The translations under genes were made by a program, and so were the position numbers. The notes below the pieces were generated by a model that saw only the letters and a list, made by a program, of their open reading frames with translations, ran no database searches and had not been told where the DNA came from. From positions 12,896,001-12,960,000 of the forward strand of contig NW_026262615.1 in assembly GCF_021869535.1 (NCBI RefSeq): a stretch of 64,000 nucleotides of DNA. Reading direction: 5' to 3'. Positions 1-13,017 of the stretch are shown here, one piece after another. Position 1 is the first letter of the stretch. The number at the start of each line of letters is the position of its first letter. Origin of the DNA: Mytilus californianus (lineage: Eukaryota).

Positions 1-715
1 AATAGAATTAAACTTAGCCACACTTTTCAATAGGGTATCTTTATTGAAAAACGTATCAAATGACCTTGTCATCAAATCGACATGGCCGTAATGGCTAAAA
101 AAAGAACATAGACTAATTGAAATAGGTACACCGATACATACTTACACACAAGTTTAACAGTTAACTGATTACTTGAAAGTGACGAATTTAAATCTTCAAA
201 CAATTTAGCCACCACAGATCTATCTTGGCTATTTACCACCTATTAAATAAAACAAATGATAATTAGATTACTGATAGTATATTCGATTGACCTGTTTCAT
301 TTTATGTCATTAAGGGGCTTTTTGTACCTATAGACGACAGCGATTGATAGAGGCAGAAAGGTGACCTTTGGTTTTTTAAAACATTTTTGGATTCTTTGTT
401 ATAGTTGTCATACCGCATCTCTTTATTTTTATATATATACACCAGTCTAAATTTGTTTGGGAAAATCTGCCTACTCAGAAAAGAAACATCCAGTTTAATT
501 TCAAACTTGTTTTTCTTTGCATGTCTAAACAAAGCACATGCAACAACAAGAGGAAACAAGAACTGAAAACTCCCGAACCATTTAAAGTATGTGAAATATG
601 AATATAAATAATAACATGAATAAAAAAAAAACATAGCTAATAGTAAACTATTGCTGAAAAATATTAAGGACAGCCAATATAAAATACGAGTTTTCATGCT
701 TGCATTTTAATCATG

Positions 716-839
716 TTAAAATCTTATTTTTTCCTTATAAACAGTACAACTTGCATCTATCAGAAGTGAACTCTGTGATCTCTTCTTCAGAATATAATTT
801 ACATCTTGCATTTCGAGTTTAAATGATGACCAGTGCAAT
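716..839 (-). CDS. Putative last exon of scramblase-like gene (R-LHWSSFKLEMQDVNYILKKRSQSSLLIDASCTVYKEKIRF*)
   Basis: Acceptor ctctttttcag; phase 2 start matches the upstream exon end AG|gtgtgt; open to TAA at 716-718. An internal donor and further exons cannot be excluded. Confidence 0.45.
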
Positions 840-1332
840 CTGAAAAAGAGGTAAATATAACACAACTAACGGTAGTGATGCTATGCCAAATCATTTGACA
901 TAGCTTATAAACTATGCTGTATGAGTAACATGATGGGTTATACATGTGGAGCAGGACCTGCTATCTCTTCTGGAACAACTGAGATAATTTTGCATAGTTC
1001 TTAGTTTTGTATGTTGTGTTTTGTACACTTTTCTTTTTTTTTGTACTTTTTTCATTGTTTGCCACGACGTCAGTTTGTCGTCGACTTTTTTATGAGTTTA
1101 AATGTCCGTTTGGTTTTTTCCGCTTATATTTAAAAATAATGTGATGTCCCCAGTTATAAATTGGTTGGTTCAACTTATACATTTCAATGTTTTTGTGGTG
1201 ATCTTTTACCTCATTCAAATTGACTTAACTATGTTTATTACCACCCGCCTAGTATGTTATGAACCCTGTTCTTTTTATAATTTATTTAATTAACTTCCAC
1301 TGGCATTGCCAACACCATTCACATGTACACAC

Positions 1333-1483
1333 CTTCTTCTGGCGGACGCAATAGTATACCCACTAGGACTCAATATTTCACACTTTTGCAAACCACATCT
1401 TTTTTCGAACCTGATGTCTGCCAATAATGCATCATTGCAGTCTTTGCACTGAATTTCAATTGAGTTCTGAACATCTCTTTCAC
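1333..1483 (-). CDS. Internal exon of scramblase-like gene (GERDVQNSIEIQCKDCNDALLADIRFEKRCGLQKCEILSPSGYTIASARR)
   Basis: Acceptor ttttttaattcacag, donor gtgtgt, 151 nt, phase 1 to 2, open frame. LQKCEILSPSGYTI resembles phospholipid scramblase LQEIEIQAPPGVPIG (similarity judged by eye). Confidence 0.6.
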
Positions 1484-1519
1484 CTGTGAATTAAAAAAAC
1501 ATCGTTTCTCACAAAAAAA

Positions 1520-1877
1520 AACAGACTATTATAAATTGATAGTTAATAAATAAAAGAACTAAAAAAGCAAAAAAAAAAAAAAAATGAAGGATCCGTGTGC
1601 TTGTTTTCGAGATATAAGCCATTAAAAATTTGGCGTCAAATAATTCTCTCTAGACTGTTCATGTATTTAACATTTGCACCCTTTTTCTTTCAAAAAATGC
1701 GAAAAATAACAAGAATTTTATATGATTTTCAATTACGCCTTTTTGAACTGTATGTAATAAAATTATAAAAAGAAAAGTAAGGGTTAGCGAGGAAATTTTT
1801 TTAATGGCACATCATGGATTAAACCAGAGGAGTCCAAATATCTGGCAGAAATTCAAAAATAAGAGAAGCGAACATCC
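1520..1877. mobile_element. MITE, same family, left TIR lost
   Basis: Internal match to the 51030 copy (gtccgtgtgcttgttttcgag...); right end agcgaacatcc|ttaa. Confidence 0.65.
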
Positions 1878-3061
1878 TTAATTCTCGAAACGTGTTCATT
1901 GATTCTTAAAGTTGACACACATATCATCAGATGCATCTAATATGTTAAGTATCATGAGCATTTGCCTATATAAATTCACCTCTTTATAACCCGTTTTAAT
2001 AAGCAATGGCCGTTAAGACAACACACAAGAACCAACGTGTACATTTTATCGGTTGTATTCACAATATGATATATGATGGAAATTTTGTTTTAACTGCCAA
2101 TATTTCATTTGTCTGTCCAACGCAAGAAACAACATTCAGTCATTGTATATCCATATGTATGTGATTTGATGTTCGATAGTGTCTGTTAGATTTCATCAAA
2201 GGTTTCAAGTGTTACTGCAATTTAGTTCTTCACGTACCGAATAGCTAATGCTGATCTTGTAACGCGGACGCTTGCCTGTTTTTATATGCTTTTGATTCAT
2301 TTACCAAATAAGTTGCTTCCTCGGTGAATTATAGCTGTTATTTTTTACAAAGAAGTTTAAGACGAATGTTCTCATAACACCATGGTGACTTCCTGTTGCT
2401 TGGTAAATTATTGTGCTTAGCGCAAAAACCGTGATCACAAATACTGCTCTTTACATTTTTTTTTTAATTTTCTATTGTTGTGTCATGATAATTTTGCCTC
2501 CGGTTTATGTTTTAAAATATGAAATGTTTATGTCGTCTTGAAAAAGCAAAACATTCTAATTTATTATTTTCGTTAATTATTTTTAACGCGATGGCTATTT
2601 AAAAAAAAAAAACATATATCGCAATACAAATTACCTTGTTCATATGAAAATGTTATTGAATTCTGTCGACCACTGTTAGGTCCAATATCACATTTTCCTA
2701 AAATAAAAAAAAAAAAAAAAAAAATAATAAATTTAACCTCATACATTTCCCCATATTTTATTCTTGTTAATATTTCTCTACAATACCTTGACAATAAATG
2801 TGTTGCTTTATTATATCTAGACTATGCACTTTCAAGACCGTTTTAATGTCCGTCATAAAACGCCATAAATAAACTTTATGCCTTCTAATTTCCAGTAGGT
2901 TTTATTATTGAACGATAAAATCGGCACAGAGAGTATCCGACTAAACCATTGATATACAACCTACACCTTTAAAAATGTTGTATTTCAAATTATTGCGAGT
3001 ATTGATATACTCATTTCGGTACGTCTGCCTAAAGTTAAATCATTTAAAGAAAATATTCTGC

Positions 3062-3312
3062 TGGCTGGCCTTTGTTAGTCTTGTATGTTTTTTTTTTTAA
3101 TTTTTGATCATTTTTATGTTTTGGAGTTTAGTATGACGTCCATTTTCACTGAACTGGTACACGTATTTGTTTAGGGGCAAGTTGAGGTCCGCCTCCGGGT
3201 GCCGGATTTTCTTGCTGTGTTGAAGACCCATTGGTGGCCTTCGGTTGTTTTTGTACTCTTTGGTCGGGTTTTTGTCTCTTTGACACATTCACCATTTCCA
3301 TTCTCAATTTTA
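3062..3312 (+). repeat. Abundant short interspersed repeat, family A (other copies 34599-34861 -, 41604-41706 -, 54173-54430 +)
   Basis: Shared ctttgttagtcttg...gaagacccattggtggccttc...ttgacacattccccatttccattctcaatttta. Confidence 0.8.
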
Positions 3313-3599
3313 TAATAAAGTTAGATAAAGTTATGTTTACAGAAATAAATAGCATGGTAAATATATTTACCAGACAATAGATGTCCTGAGTTATCTGAAA
3401 AAAAAATGCAAAATACAAAAGTTAAATCCCAATAAGACTAGTTAAAATAATTCATACCATCACATTTTGATATACATAAATTGAGAAAAATGACATGGCG
3501 ATCAGATCAGTACCTCGCGTATTTCCTTATGTCTGTTTGTAATCATTTTTTGTAAACTGTCCTATATGGGTGTATACTTGGTTAACTTTTTCGTATTGT

Positions 3600-4110
3600 A
3601 GAAAAGGCAAATACAAGATGAATGTGTCCATGGGACACAGAAACACCGACTTGTAAATATGCAAGAGTCAATGTACTAATTCAAAGACGTGTTGTTATCT
3701 TTAGATCTTAAGAGTATTAATTTCTTGCATTTAATTTTGCAATGTTTCATTTATAAAGGGACATAACACAAGAAACGTGAAAGTGACAACATCCAAAATT
3801 CGAAAGTGAATAATGTTTGGTGGTAAAAAGCATCTTTATAAGTTACAGAACATTTTGTGGCAAAGCAAAATTATAGTGTGGACACCGCAAATTCAGCATC
3901 TTTATTTATTTATAAAGGAACATAAATCAAGAACGATTATAGAAATGCCAAATTTCAACTTGGTCTGAGTAAGTTTTATAACATTTCGTAAAGGCAAAAT
4001 AAATTTCAAGGGCGGAAACGTCAAATTCAGCAAATCACTTTAGTATCTGTTTATAAAGGATAACAACTCAAGCTGTGAGAGTCACGCATCCATAAATGGT
4101 AGTTTTCATG
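3600..4110 (-). mobile_element. HINE-like element with internal tandem subrepeats
   Basis: gaatgtgtccatgggacac terminus and three tttataaagg(g)a(c)ataa subrepeats about 150 bp apart. Confidence 0.45.
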
Positions 4111-6348
4111 TTTCAACGGCTTTCAGTTTCCCATTCGTGCAATTTCCCGTAAAATCATTACATTCTTACGTCATCGTTCAATGAAGTCATTTACATCATC
4201 TGACGTGAGGTAAATCATTCATGAAAAGCATACGAAGTGGGAGTAGGATTCGAACAGCCCGAACAAATCATGACGTTGCCTATCATCTAACATATGAATA
4301 TATTCGAGTTTTACCACGGGTTTGTACTCAAAGCGTTTGAAGAACGTCATATCAAAATTATAAATACTCTTACTTTCTCTGGTGTATGTCATCTTGACAG
4401 TGTTCGTTTTCCCCAGATCTTTGAATGCTTTCGGTTGTCTCTGGGTCCTCGACATCGATATACAAGTATATCATATACTTTAATGTCTGCCCTAGTGGTT
4501 ATTATCAATTACATAGATATATTAGGATTTAAATACATGGCATGATGTTATAAAACATTGAATATAGATATTTATCTTAATATGTTCGTTGCCATTGTTG
4601 AGTTTAAATATAGGACCAATCTCTGCCAAAACTTCCTGATTGATGTATCCAATGAAATCTTTAATTCACATGTTTAATTTTAAAAGGTGTTAGTACATGT
4701 TTAAATAATAGGATATAAACCATGATCTTTCATTACTTTATTGTAATTGACACAATTTTGAACAAGTCGTAAGCTGTATGTCAATGATTTTTGCATGTTA
4801 TGGTATCTTTTTTTTTTATTATTTTATTTTGATGCTGATCGATATAGTTTCTTAGAACTAAAAACAACAGGATTGACATATATGTTTCTATCATTGAGCT
4901 TGGCTGAGTTTTACTATTCAAGTGCAAAACGTGCAAAAAACAAAGACACCAAATGAGTGTTTATAGAAGCATTACTGTGAGGTCAAATGCAAATACATCC
5001 CAATTTTTATTTCACGAAATATTTTTACACTCAGATACAATATATGTCCGGACGATTCTATGTAAAATGGTGTATATAGATCCACGATACTGCACGATCA
5101 GATAGTTTTTTTAATGAAAGTTTCCATTAGGCCACATTGTATCGTTTACAGGTTTTGTTCATATATCAGAAGATCTACAATAGGCTGTTTTGTGCATTAG
5201 TTTTCAAATGCATCTGAGTACAAAAATGTATGTAGACAGTGTGCAATTAATAAATGTACGCTATCCTTCAGTTCTTAAACTACAAATAAACTACGCATCT
5301 TTTACTCTTAAACATCGTCTAAAAAGAGACGGCAATAGTGACATTCTTTAATTGTGAATTAATACTCTTCAATCTACAAAATTTTGTGTAATCGTAAAAA
5401 AATATTTGCCTCTTGAGGATCGAAAACTTCATGTTGTCTTTGTGTTAAAATCAGATTATCTAAAGATAACATGATGGTTTTCAATATATTTAATTTGGGC
5501 AACTGATGTTCACAAATCATAAATCAATTAGTAAAGGTTAAAACAAAATTCGAGTGAATTGCATGAACTCCAAAAGGCGTCATCTTTCATATTAAGGTTA
5601 TCGTATAATGAATTCAAATTTCAAACATCTTCCGGTTTGCCTCTTAAGCAAATTTTAATTAGTTTAGCAAAAACTACTGGATCTCTGGAGCGACGAAACC
5701 AATTCGTACTTTTATTTAAAGACATTTTGGATACACGGAGATGTATCATGTTATGAATAAAACATAGTCACTTAAATACTTGTATATTAGACAAATCGCT
5801 TGTCTTGATAAGAACTTAAAATATCAATCCGTTATATCCGTAGATGGTGTCAAGGTTATTTATTCAGAAAGATTTCTTCTCAATTTATATATGCCCCCGG
5901 ATGAATTACTTTGTTCTGATGTTTTGTTTAATTTATGTACATTGTATGTCGTTGTTGTTAGTGCCATTCTTTAAGTTTTACAAGTTTTGATTGAATACAA
6001 GACGTGTCTGTATATACTGTGTTATTCTTTTACGGAAATAAAGCATGATGTTCTCGAACATTTCTTGTTTCATATCACTGATTCACTATTGAAACATTGA
6101 CATCTTTTTTTATATATACAAAATGAAGAAGAATATGTGGAATGAAGTCGTTCTAGCTGTTTGAATCGTGTGTTCAGTTTTATATACTAATACAAATACT
6201 GGATGATAAGCTGTGTAGAATTAATGCGCAACTAGAGTTTACCAGATGGAGCTAACAAAGAAAAGACGTGGCTTAGTGCAGTGTTGTTTAAAATATTAGT
6301 ATGTAATTTTATTTTTCTAAGTACACAGTTCCTTGAGAATAGATATAC

Positions 6349-6424
6349 CGATATGAAAATAACGGTTAGTGGAATTATTCCCAAAAACGAAACTATCCCT
6401 GAACGTCATGACAAATATATATAT
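6349..6424 (-). CDS. Putative internal exon of scramblase-like gene (IYIFVMTFRDSFVFGNNSTNRYFHI)
   Basis: Acceptor ttcaattttaacag, donor gtatat, 76 nt, phase 0 to 1; bridges exons 7414-7581 and 1333-1483 in frame. Confidence 0.35.
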
Positions 6425-6489
6425 CTGTTAAAATTGAAGGTCACCGTACGGCATCCAACAATAAGAAAAACCAATATCGTATATCATGA

Positions 6490-7365
6490 TATACATTGAG
6501 GAAACATTTGTTTTAGTCTCATAACTGTATTAAGAAAACGAATTAAAGTAACAAACACAAACTGAGGGAATCGCATGAACACCAAAAGGAGCGAAAACGG
6601 GTGCATCGATTATGGGGTGCGCAATACATGCACCATCCGATAAATAAATCCTCTCACAGTTAAATATTTCAAAAAGACACAATCGGCAATATTACAGACT
6701 ATACTATACTTAGACTACGGGAACTTGTCACCAATGAGTTGCGACACGGACATAGCGTATCGGCTATTGTTTGGTTTTTAGAGGAAACCTCTAGAAAAAG
6801 AAGTCTGTAAAGTGTGGACAAAGGCTTGAGATAAATAATCGCAATATTGTGTTTACAGGGGACAGGGTACTGCTGAGAAATGGTTATTTGACGATTAAAA
6901 AGTTAAAACCATAACGTGTTTTTAAGGTTCAAGGGTCGTCAATTTGAGTCAATATCGAGGAAAAGATAGAAAGATAGGAAGCAGACCTTCTAATTTCGAA
7001 AGTACACCAGTGTATTGGATATATTGGACAAAATAACTCATTGAAATGTTTTGTAGTGATTGACAGGAAATAACTAATTTATGTGAAAGTGAAAATGAAG
7101 AACTTGGGAATCTTTGTTTTGTTTTTTAAAATGAAATAAATTATGTGCGCACGGAGAGCTTTTCTCGATTTACCTTCGGCTGGAACGCTAAAAACTAAAC
7201 GTTTAAAGTGAAGTATTTGTAACTACGTGGAAACGTTAGGAGCTAAATTACCAAAACAGAACTTAAACATAAAGCCAAAATGCGATCAACTTCGCTTTCT
7301 GGAATTGGAACCTTAGTTGTTTTTTTTCTTAAATAATGTTTTCATTTTTGAACAGGGACTTAAAA
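6490..7365. repeat. Interspersed repeat (about 0.9 kb), class unresolved
   Basis: Distinct composition, ends gaacagggacttaa; resembles a common bivalve repeat from memory only. Confidence 0.3.
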
Positions 7366-7413
7366 TACGTACATGTTAGAATGCATATCAGTATCAACGC
7401 ACTGACTACTGAC

Positions 7414-7581
7414 CTGAAAGTACCCTCGGGTATAATTGTCAACCAGTAGCTGTATAGACCAAGTTACAGAAAATGAAATACGTACTTCATTAATATTGTG
7501 TGTCATAACCGCTTCTCCGGATTTACCTTCATCAAAAATTCTCAAACATAAAGATTGTGAAGCTTGTGATGCGCAAATACC
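7414..7581 (-). CDS. Putative internal exon of scramblase-like gene (GICASQASQSLCLRIFDEGKSGEAV...RGYFQ)
   Basis: Acceptor atatttcag, donor gtcagt; an alternative phase-1 donor gtaaat follows 7527. LRIFDEG resembles scramblase LRIIDNMG. Confidence 0.5.
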
Positions 7582-7751
7582 CTGAAATATATACGACTTT
7601 GTATGACCTTTGCATCATGTGAGTACAAACACGGTAAGTATCGGTATACAGTTTGTACCCATTTGAATACCAACTATGTTTAAATTTCATTCAACCAAGA
7701 TTCAACAATAATATTGTTGATTAAAAAGTCAAGAATTGTGATGGTATTTAC

Positions 7752-7807
7752 CTTGGTGCATTTCTCTTTTAACTCAGCAATGTTCTTGCCTATAAAAAGG
7801 TTCCCAG
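7752..7807 (-). CDS. Putative internal exon of scramblase-like gene (AGNLFIGKNIAELKEKCTK)
   Basis: Acceptor cccctatttcag, donor gtaaat, 56 nt, phase 1 to 0, in frame with the next exon. Confidence 0.5.
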
Positions 7808-7892
7808 CTGAAATAGGGGAAACAAAAAAAAACTAACGACAATGATCAAAACAATTATTGGAGAAGGCAACAACTGACAACCTCTTAATTAC

Positions 7893-7929
7893 CATTTCCT
7901 CGATTGTGACAAGCAAATAACGAAAACAT
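7893..7929 (-). CDS. Candidate first coding exon of scramblase-like gene (MFSLFACHNRGN)
   Basis: ATG at 7929, donor gtaatt, phase 1 matches the 7807 acceptor across an 85-nt intron. It abuts a repeat, so support is weak. Confidence 0.3.
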
Positions 7930-8488
7930 CGGGGTTGAGCATTTTTGTGACCACGGAACCCTTACCCTAACGTGGAACAGTAGTGTAGAAAAACAACACA
8001 AAGGCAAGCTAAAATTCAAATGGACAAGAATTTACGCATCTGGTCGTTATTTAACACAAACCAAAATGACACAAAAGTATCCAGTACAGATCTCTAACAA
8101 CTTGCAGCGACCTTTGCGTAGCTCAAAGACAATTGTTAATTGATATACCACAAACTTCTTCCAACACAAAAATTGTAATGCTAAAAGGATAGATTTGTTT
8201 GCGGTGTACATTTATTAACATCTAAATGATCTACCCGCAATTAGTTTTAACCGTGGATTAAATTCTGTTAGAAAAGACGTAATACATTATATAATTAAAA
8301 AGAGAATAACGCATCAATGACATGATCAGATAGTAAATGAATGCTAGAGAAAAGGACTAAAAGAAAAAAGATATATAATAATAGCAAATAGAAGCAAACC
8401 AACTAACTTAGTTTTCCTCTTATATTTAACATAATTAGCGTATGTCATCATAGTACACATATCTGAATAATTATTTAAAAGTGATTGT

Positions 8489-8775
8489 TTAATCTAAGTA
8501 TTCCATGGTGCTCGAAAACGCTTCCTCGACATTATCTGCCTCTTCGTCTTTATCGATTGCTCTTAAAGCTTCTACAAGATTGTGAACTAATCTTTCGTTG
8601 GGCCGATTTGGTCTCCATGTCGGAAGAAGTCTTTCCCTAATTGTTCCTTCATTTCTTAATCTGTCCATCCTGTTTGTAGAAATATTTAAATGTTGTCCAA
8701 GATTGTAGCAGTTCTCTTCACTCAAGGTACTTACAATTCGCCGAAGAGATTTCTTTCTGAGTACTGGAATGGTAC
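8489..8775 (-). CDS. Terminal exon, death domain, of ANK-ZU5-ZU5-UPA-DD protein
   Basis: Acceptor ctttctgttattcag, phase 1. GTIPVLRKKSLRRIVSTLSEENCYNLGQHLNIS...LLPTW...LVEALRAIDKDEEADNVEEAF has the death-domain helical pattern. AATAAA on the minus strand at 8211-8216. Confidence 0.85.
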
Positions 8776-10228
8776 CTGAATAACAGAAAGACCAAGTTAT
8801 CCAGATGCAATAATTCTTTTTCTATCATTCATAAAAATATGAAGATGTGGTATGAGTGCCAATGAGACATCTTTGTCAATGAAATAAGCCTTATTACAAG
8901 TGTTGACATATTCCTAGATAAACGTTTGATTTGAAATATAGATATGGAATCAAATTATATCAGATGCATTAATTACAAGCACAACATGTTATCTTTAAAA
9001 CAAGCATAGTTTAATAATGTTGTATCATTGAAGATGATTGAAGCAATGAGTTAACACATAAGGAACACCAAAACAGAATTACATGTTTTTTGTTTTTTGT
9101 TTTTTGTTTGTTTTATCAGACAAAGATTAGGCAAATGATACACATACATTGTATATGTGATTAACCCATTTAAAAACAAACATAACACTAAAAACACGCT
9201 ACTCTTTACTGCTAATCAGTTACAATTAATACAGATTATTACTTACACTGAGGATCATCAGGGTCAACCATTACATTAAACGAATGATCTGAAATTAGGA
9301 AATTAGTTGATTTTGTATAAAAATGTGACATGCTTTCATAAACAAGATGTCTACAATTTGACAAACCATGATATATTCTGGAATCTTTCTGTTGTTTCAC
9401 GCAAATCATTGTATAAAAAAAACCCCGTAGTCATGTCATTAAGCTACTTTTATTTGTCCTTATTCAATGTCCAAATGCCTGTGGATTCTCCATTCTTGGT
9501 TTTGAATAATATTTAAATAAAGTGAAGTGTTTTTTTATTTATACTTGTTCTGTATTGATATAACCAACCTAACTAATCACGTGCTACACTACATGTTTAT
9601 TGAATTCAAACTTGTCCTATTCATTGCTCATTGTCTAATCTTTGTATGCTCAAGCATAATAAACATAAATACCATGTCCATTTAGCACAGAGAGCAACGT
9701 ATATGTTTTGCTTCTATGTGTCCATTTCCACAAAGAACATGATAATCAGAATAATCCAAATCAATGAAAATGCCTTGGCTTCTTGATATTATATTTGACG
9801 AAAGGGAACGATCAGTGATGCTTCAGGGAACATGGCACCTAAATAAATTGCAACGACATAGTTCCAAACACGGTATTTGTCTTGTTCTATTGAGATCAAT
9901 TTAAAATTAAGGAGTGTTTCTCCCTTAGGCATAGTTTTAATTTACTGTTGGTCCTTTTCAAATCTATCAACTCTTCAACGTTTTTGTATTTTCAAATATA
10001 TTGGCCTACATACTGATACATTTCATTGATACCGTTTTGTTGGACAGAAAATGATGGAGTCAAAAGTTTGAATCAAGATATTTCAACAGCGGCTAACTCA
10101 GATCAGAAATTTTGTTTTATTATTGTTGTGTCCGATGTTTGACTTTCTTTCTGTCACTACTAAACAACACGATAAATGAAAGTTTATTTCTTGGTTACGT
10201 TCTTAAGAAAATTTCTAAAAAAAATTAC

Positions 10229-10574
10229 CTGAAATTTGTTTGTCTACAGGAAGGACTAGTTCTGATTTGAACTGTTTGTCATATGAAACCTGTGTTTCGG
10301 CTTCAAAGTGATCTATGGAATTGTGACAAAGATTTCCAAAAAAGCCAGACTTCACATTTACTGTCGGAACAGTGGCTGTTTGATGCTCATCGTTTTGTCT
10401 AACTACAACCTGTAACTCAATGTTAACCTCGCCTTGAATTGTAGATGTGTTTGTGTCATTAGTTAAATGAAAAGTGCGATGATTTCCGCTGTTTCTCGTT
10501 TTGTTTGGATTAAATGTAACAATGTGATCCCGATCTGTAAGACTGTCAGTTTCAATATTACCAGTGAATTTAAT
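10229..10574 (-). CDS. Exon, UPA domain C-terminal part (IKFTGNIETD...LPVDKQIS)
   Basis: Acceptor ttttcaactctag, donor gtaatt, 346 nt, phase 0 to 1, fully open. Absent from the ORF track. Confidence 0.85.
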
Positions 10575-10998
10575 CTAGAGTTGAAAAGACAAGAACGTTT
10601 GAAAACAATACTAAGTTTATACAGGAACATGAAAAAAAAACATCATTTACATCTAAAAGAATGTAGTACAGATATATGATATTAAAGCTTCAAAGAAAGC
10701 AAACATTTGGTAAAAGTCTCCTCGGTTAAACAATTAACGAAACTCGTATGTGTATGATATAAACCTAATAGCTTCATGAAGAATAATGTAAATGCTTTTG
10801 AATAGAATGTTCTTTCGTTAAATATGTTCAGTGATGACTTTGGATTAGTGCATGCAGTGTATTTGCATGATTTCATACTAATGTATTATTAAGACACTAA
10901 CTAATATTACTACGGGATTACGGTTTGTATGTCTGCTTATCATATGTTTATACAAAATATTTTGGGGAATCAAATATTACGCCTAGACACATATTTAC

Positions 10999-11248
10999 CC
11001 TAAATGACTGATGTTCTCTCATAATACAATCTTTATATTCAACAGATTGTGTAATAAATCGTTTTCGTTTCCAATATTTCCTTCTGTTTTTTCCTTGACT
11101 TTTTAATGCACATTCTACAACCATTGATAATTTCCCGTTCAAGTCATTCTTGAGCATCACAAAAAATTCCACTTGTCTTTCTTTCTTTACCGCTTTAGTC
11201 GCAAGCAGTCTTGCTTTTCTGTGGCTTCTCCTCGATGTAGCAACATAT
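10999..11248 (-). CDS. Exon, ZU5/UPA boundary and UPA N-terminal part (YVATSRRSHRK...HQSFR)
   Basis: Acceptor cttgcttttcag, donor gtaaat, 250 nt, phase 2 to 0. Confidence 0.85.
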
Positions 11249-12252
11249 CTGAAAAGCAAGGCAATTTTACAGTTACTATATTGGTAATCATGTATCGTGA
11301 ATTAAAGAATGAATTAAGAACCACAGGGTGCAATAGTTAAATGCGATTACCAATAAAATAAAAAAGAATGGCAACACTATCAATATAGAAAATTAAAAAA
11401 AAAAGAAAAAAAAAAGATATATACTCAACTACTAGGTATAGAAAATACTATACAAAAGCGAAAGACATACCAACGTTATTATGAAAATGAACCCCTGATC
11501 AACCTAATATGATATATGCTGATATGTCAATTGCGCAAGTAATATCGGTTGTATGTTGTGAGCAGCAAAATAGGAGAAGAGAATCATTGACAACAACACA
11601 AGGAACACGTCTAAACTATGCATTGAAACCCCTTTCTGCATACCTTTCGCCAAACGCTGCTTGGTCCAAAGTGTGAAATGCATAAGCATGTCACACTTTA
11701 GAAATAAGCAGTCACTGATAATGGTCCTTTTTTGATAGATATACCAGACTAGATTCATACAATGTGGTCTTTGTACAGAAATCTCTTAACTTTCAACGAT
11801 AACCGCACAACATATAATAAGCGATGTTATGCACTTATCTTAGAATATAGTTAACACTATATATCTGTTAAAAAAACCTTGATATTCCCAATATCTGTAC
11901 GTTTTTTTGGTGTTTTATTTTTACGAAATACGATGACGAAATGTATAAGGAGACGTTTTGAACACTGGTTTAGTATCACCACCGCGTGTGCTTATACCAA
12001 GACCGGCTATTATCCTAACGCATTGCTTCTATTTATTCTGTTCAGTGTGTTGCACTGTCTTATAATTTTAATAATTCATGTTCTCCTTTTTCTATGTAAT
12101 TATAATATGTTTTATTGGCAAATTTGGCCTGTGTTTTGCTGTGTTATAAATGGAGTTAATACATATCCTTGGTCCTGAAAAGTCTGAACTTGCACTATCA
12201 TATCAAAATTGAAATGAAATTAGAAAGACCTGAACAGTGTTTCGATATTAAG

Positions 12253-12876
12253 GTGGCTGGAGTGTCTTCCTAGATCTTGGATTTTGAAGTAGCAGATAAC
12301 AATTGGTCTAGATCTTTAATGAATGTGCACATTTTGAGAGTAGTATGTAATTCATGTGTAAGAATGTTCATGTTAATACAGAAAATTATATGTTTAATCA
12401 TATTTACGGCTTATTTTCTAAAAAACACAATATTTTTGTTTGATTCATTTTTTTCAACTTTCTCACATAAGGGTAGATAACTCAAATAGTAGGGGAGATA
12501 ACTCAGATAAAGTAATTTTTATAATAGAAAGTGTTGTGTATTTACCTATTTTAATATGTAACAAGACAACAAGTCCGGTGACCCCATTTTTTCTTTTCCT
12601 TATCTGAAAGCATGTTATAAGAGCTATCTTCTCACATTTTATCTAAAAAAATTCTTTGGTGTAGTTTTTTTTTTATCACACTAAATTGGATTTTCCATGC
12701 ATACACTTTACAGAATCTGACAATTTTGCACAACCTGCAGCGTGAAAAAAAAAGTCCGGTGACCCATACTTTTTATTATATTTTGGAAAAAAGTATGATA
12801 AAAACTACATTTTGACAAATTATTAAAAAGGTGCATGGATTTTAGTTACCCCCCCCCCCCTCCCCCCCCCCCCCCC
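12253..12876. mobile_element. Possible TTAA-flanked non-autonomous DNA element ending in a poly-C tract
   Basis: ttaa|ggtggctgg ... ccccc|ttaa, with an internal repeated aagtccggtgaccc; the TIR match is weak. Confidence 0.35.
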
Positions 12877-13017
12877 TTAAGCAATAAGCAAATAAGGATT
12901 TTTTTTTGTTATTATTAAACTGCCTTGCCATATCATCTTAACATTTGCAGATTGATGTGATTCTTTTTTTAAAAATCCCTATTAATATGTACACATGCAA
13001 CAAAATTTAAATCTAAC

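Noticed and set aside
302-697. 131-aa minus-strand ORF downstream of the scramblase-like exon
   Set aside because: Low-complexity F/Y/L-rich composition typical of AT-rich noncoding DNA; I could not link it in phase with confidence.
745-850. Plus-strand segment with good acceptor and donor motifs
   Set aside because: Stops in all three frames; the minus strand is the open one.
4240-4260. GTTCGAATCCTACTCCCA tRNA T-arm/B-box-like motif on the minus strand
   Set aside because: No D-arm, anticodon arm or acceptor stem; at most a SINE or tRNA remnant.
9789-9838. Phase-1 acceptor followed by 16 codons and a stop (possible death-domain-less terminal exon)
   Set aside because: A single acceptor-like motif is common by chance and there is no other support; only RNA-seq could rescue it.
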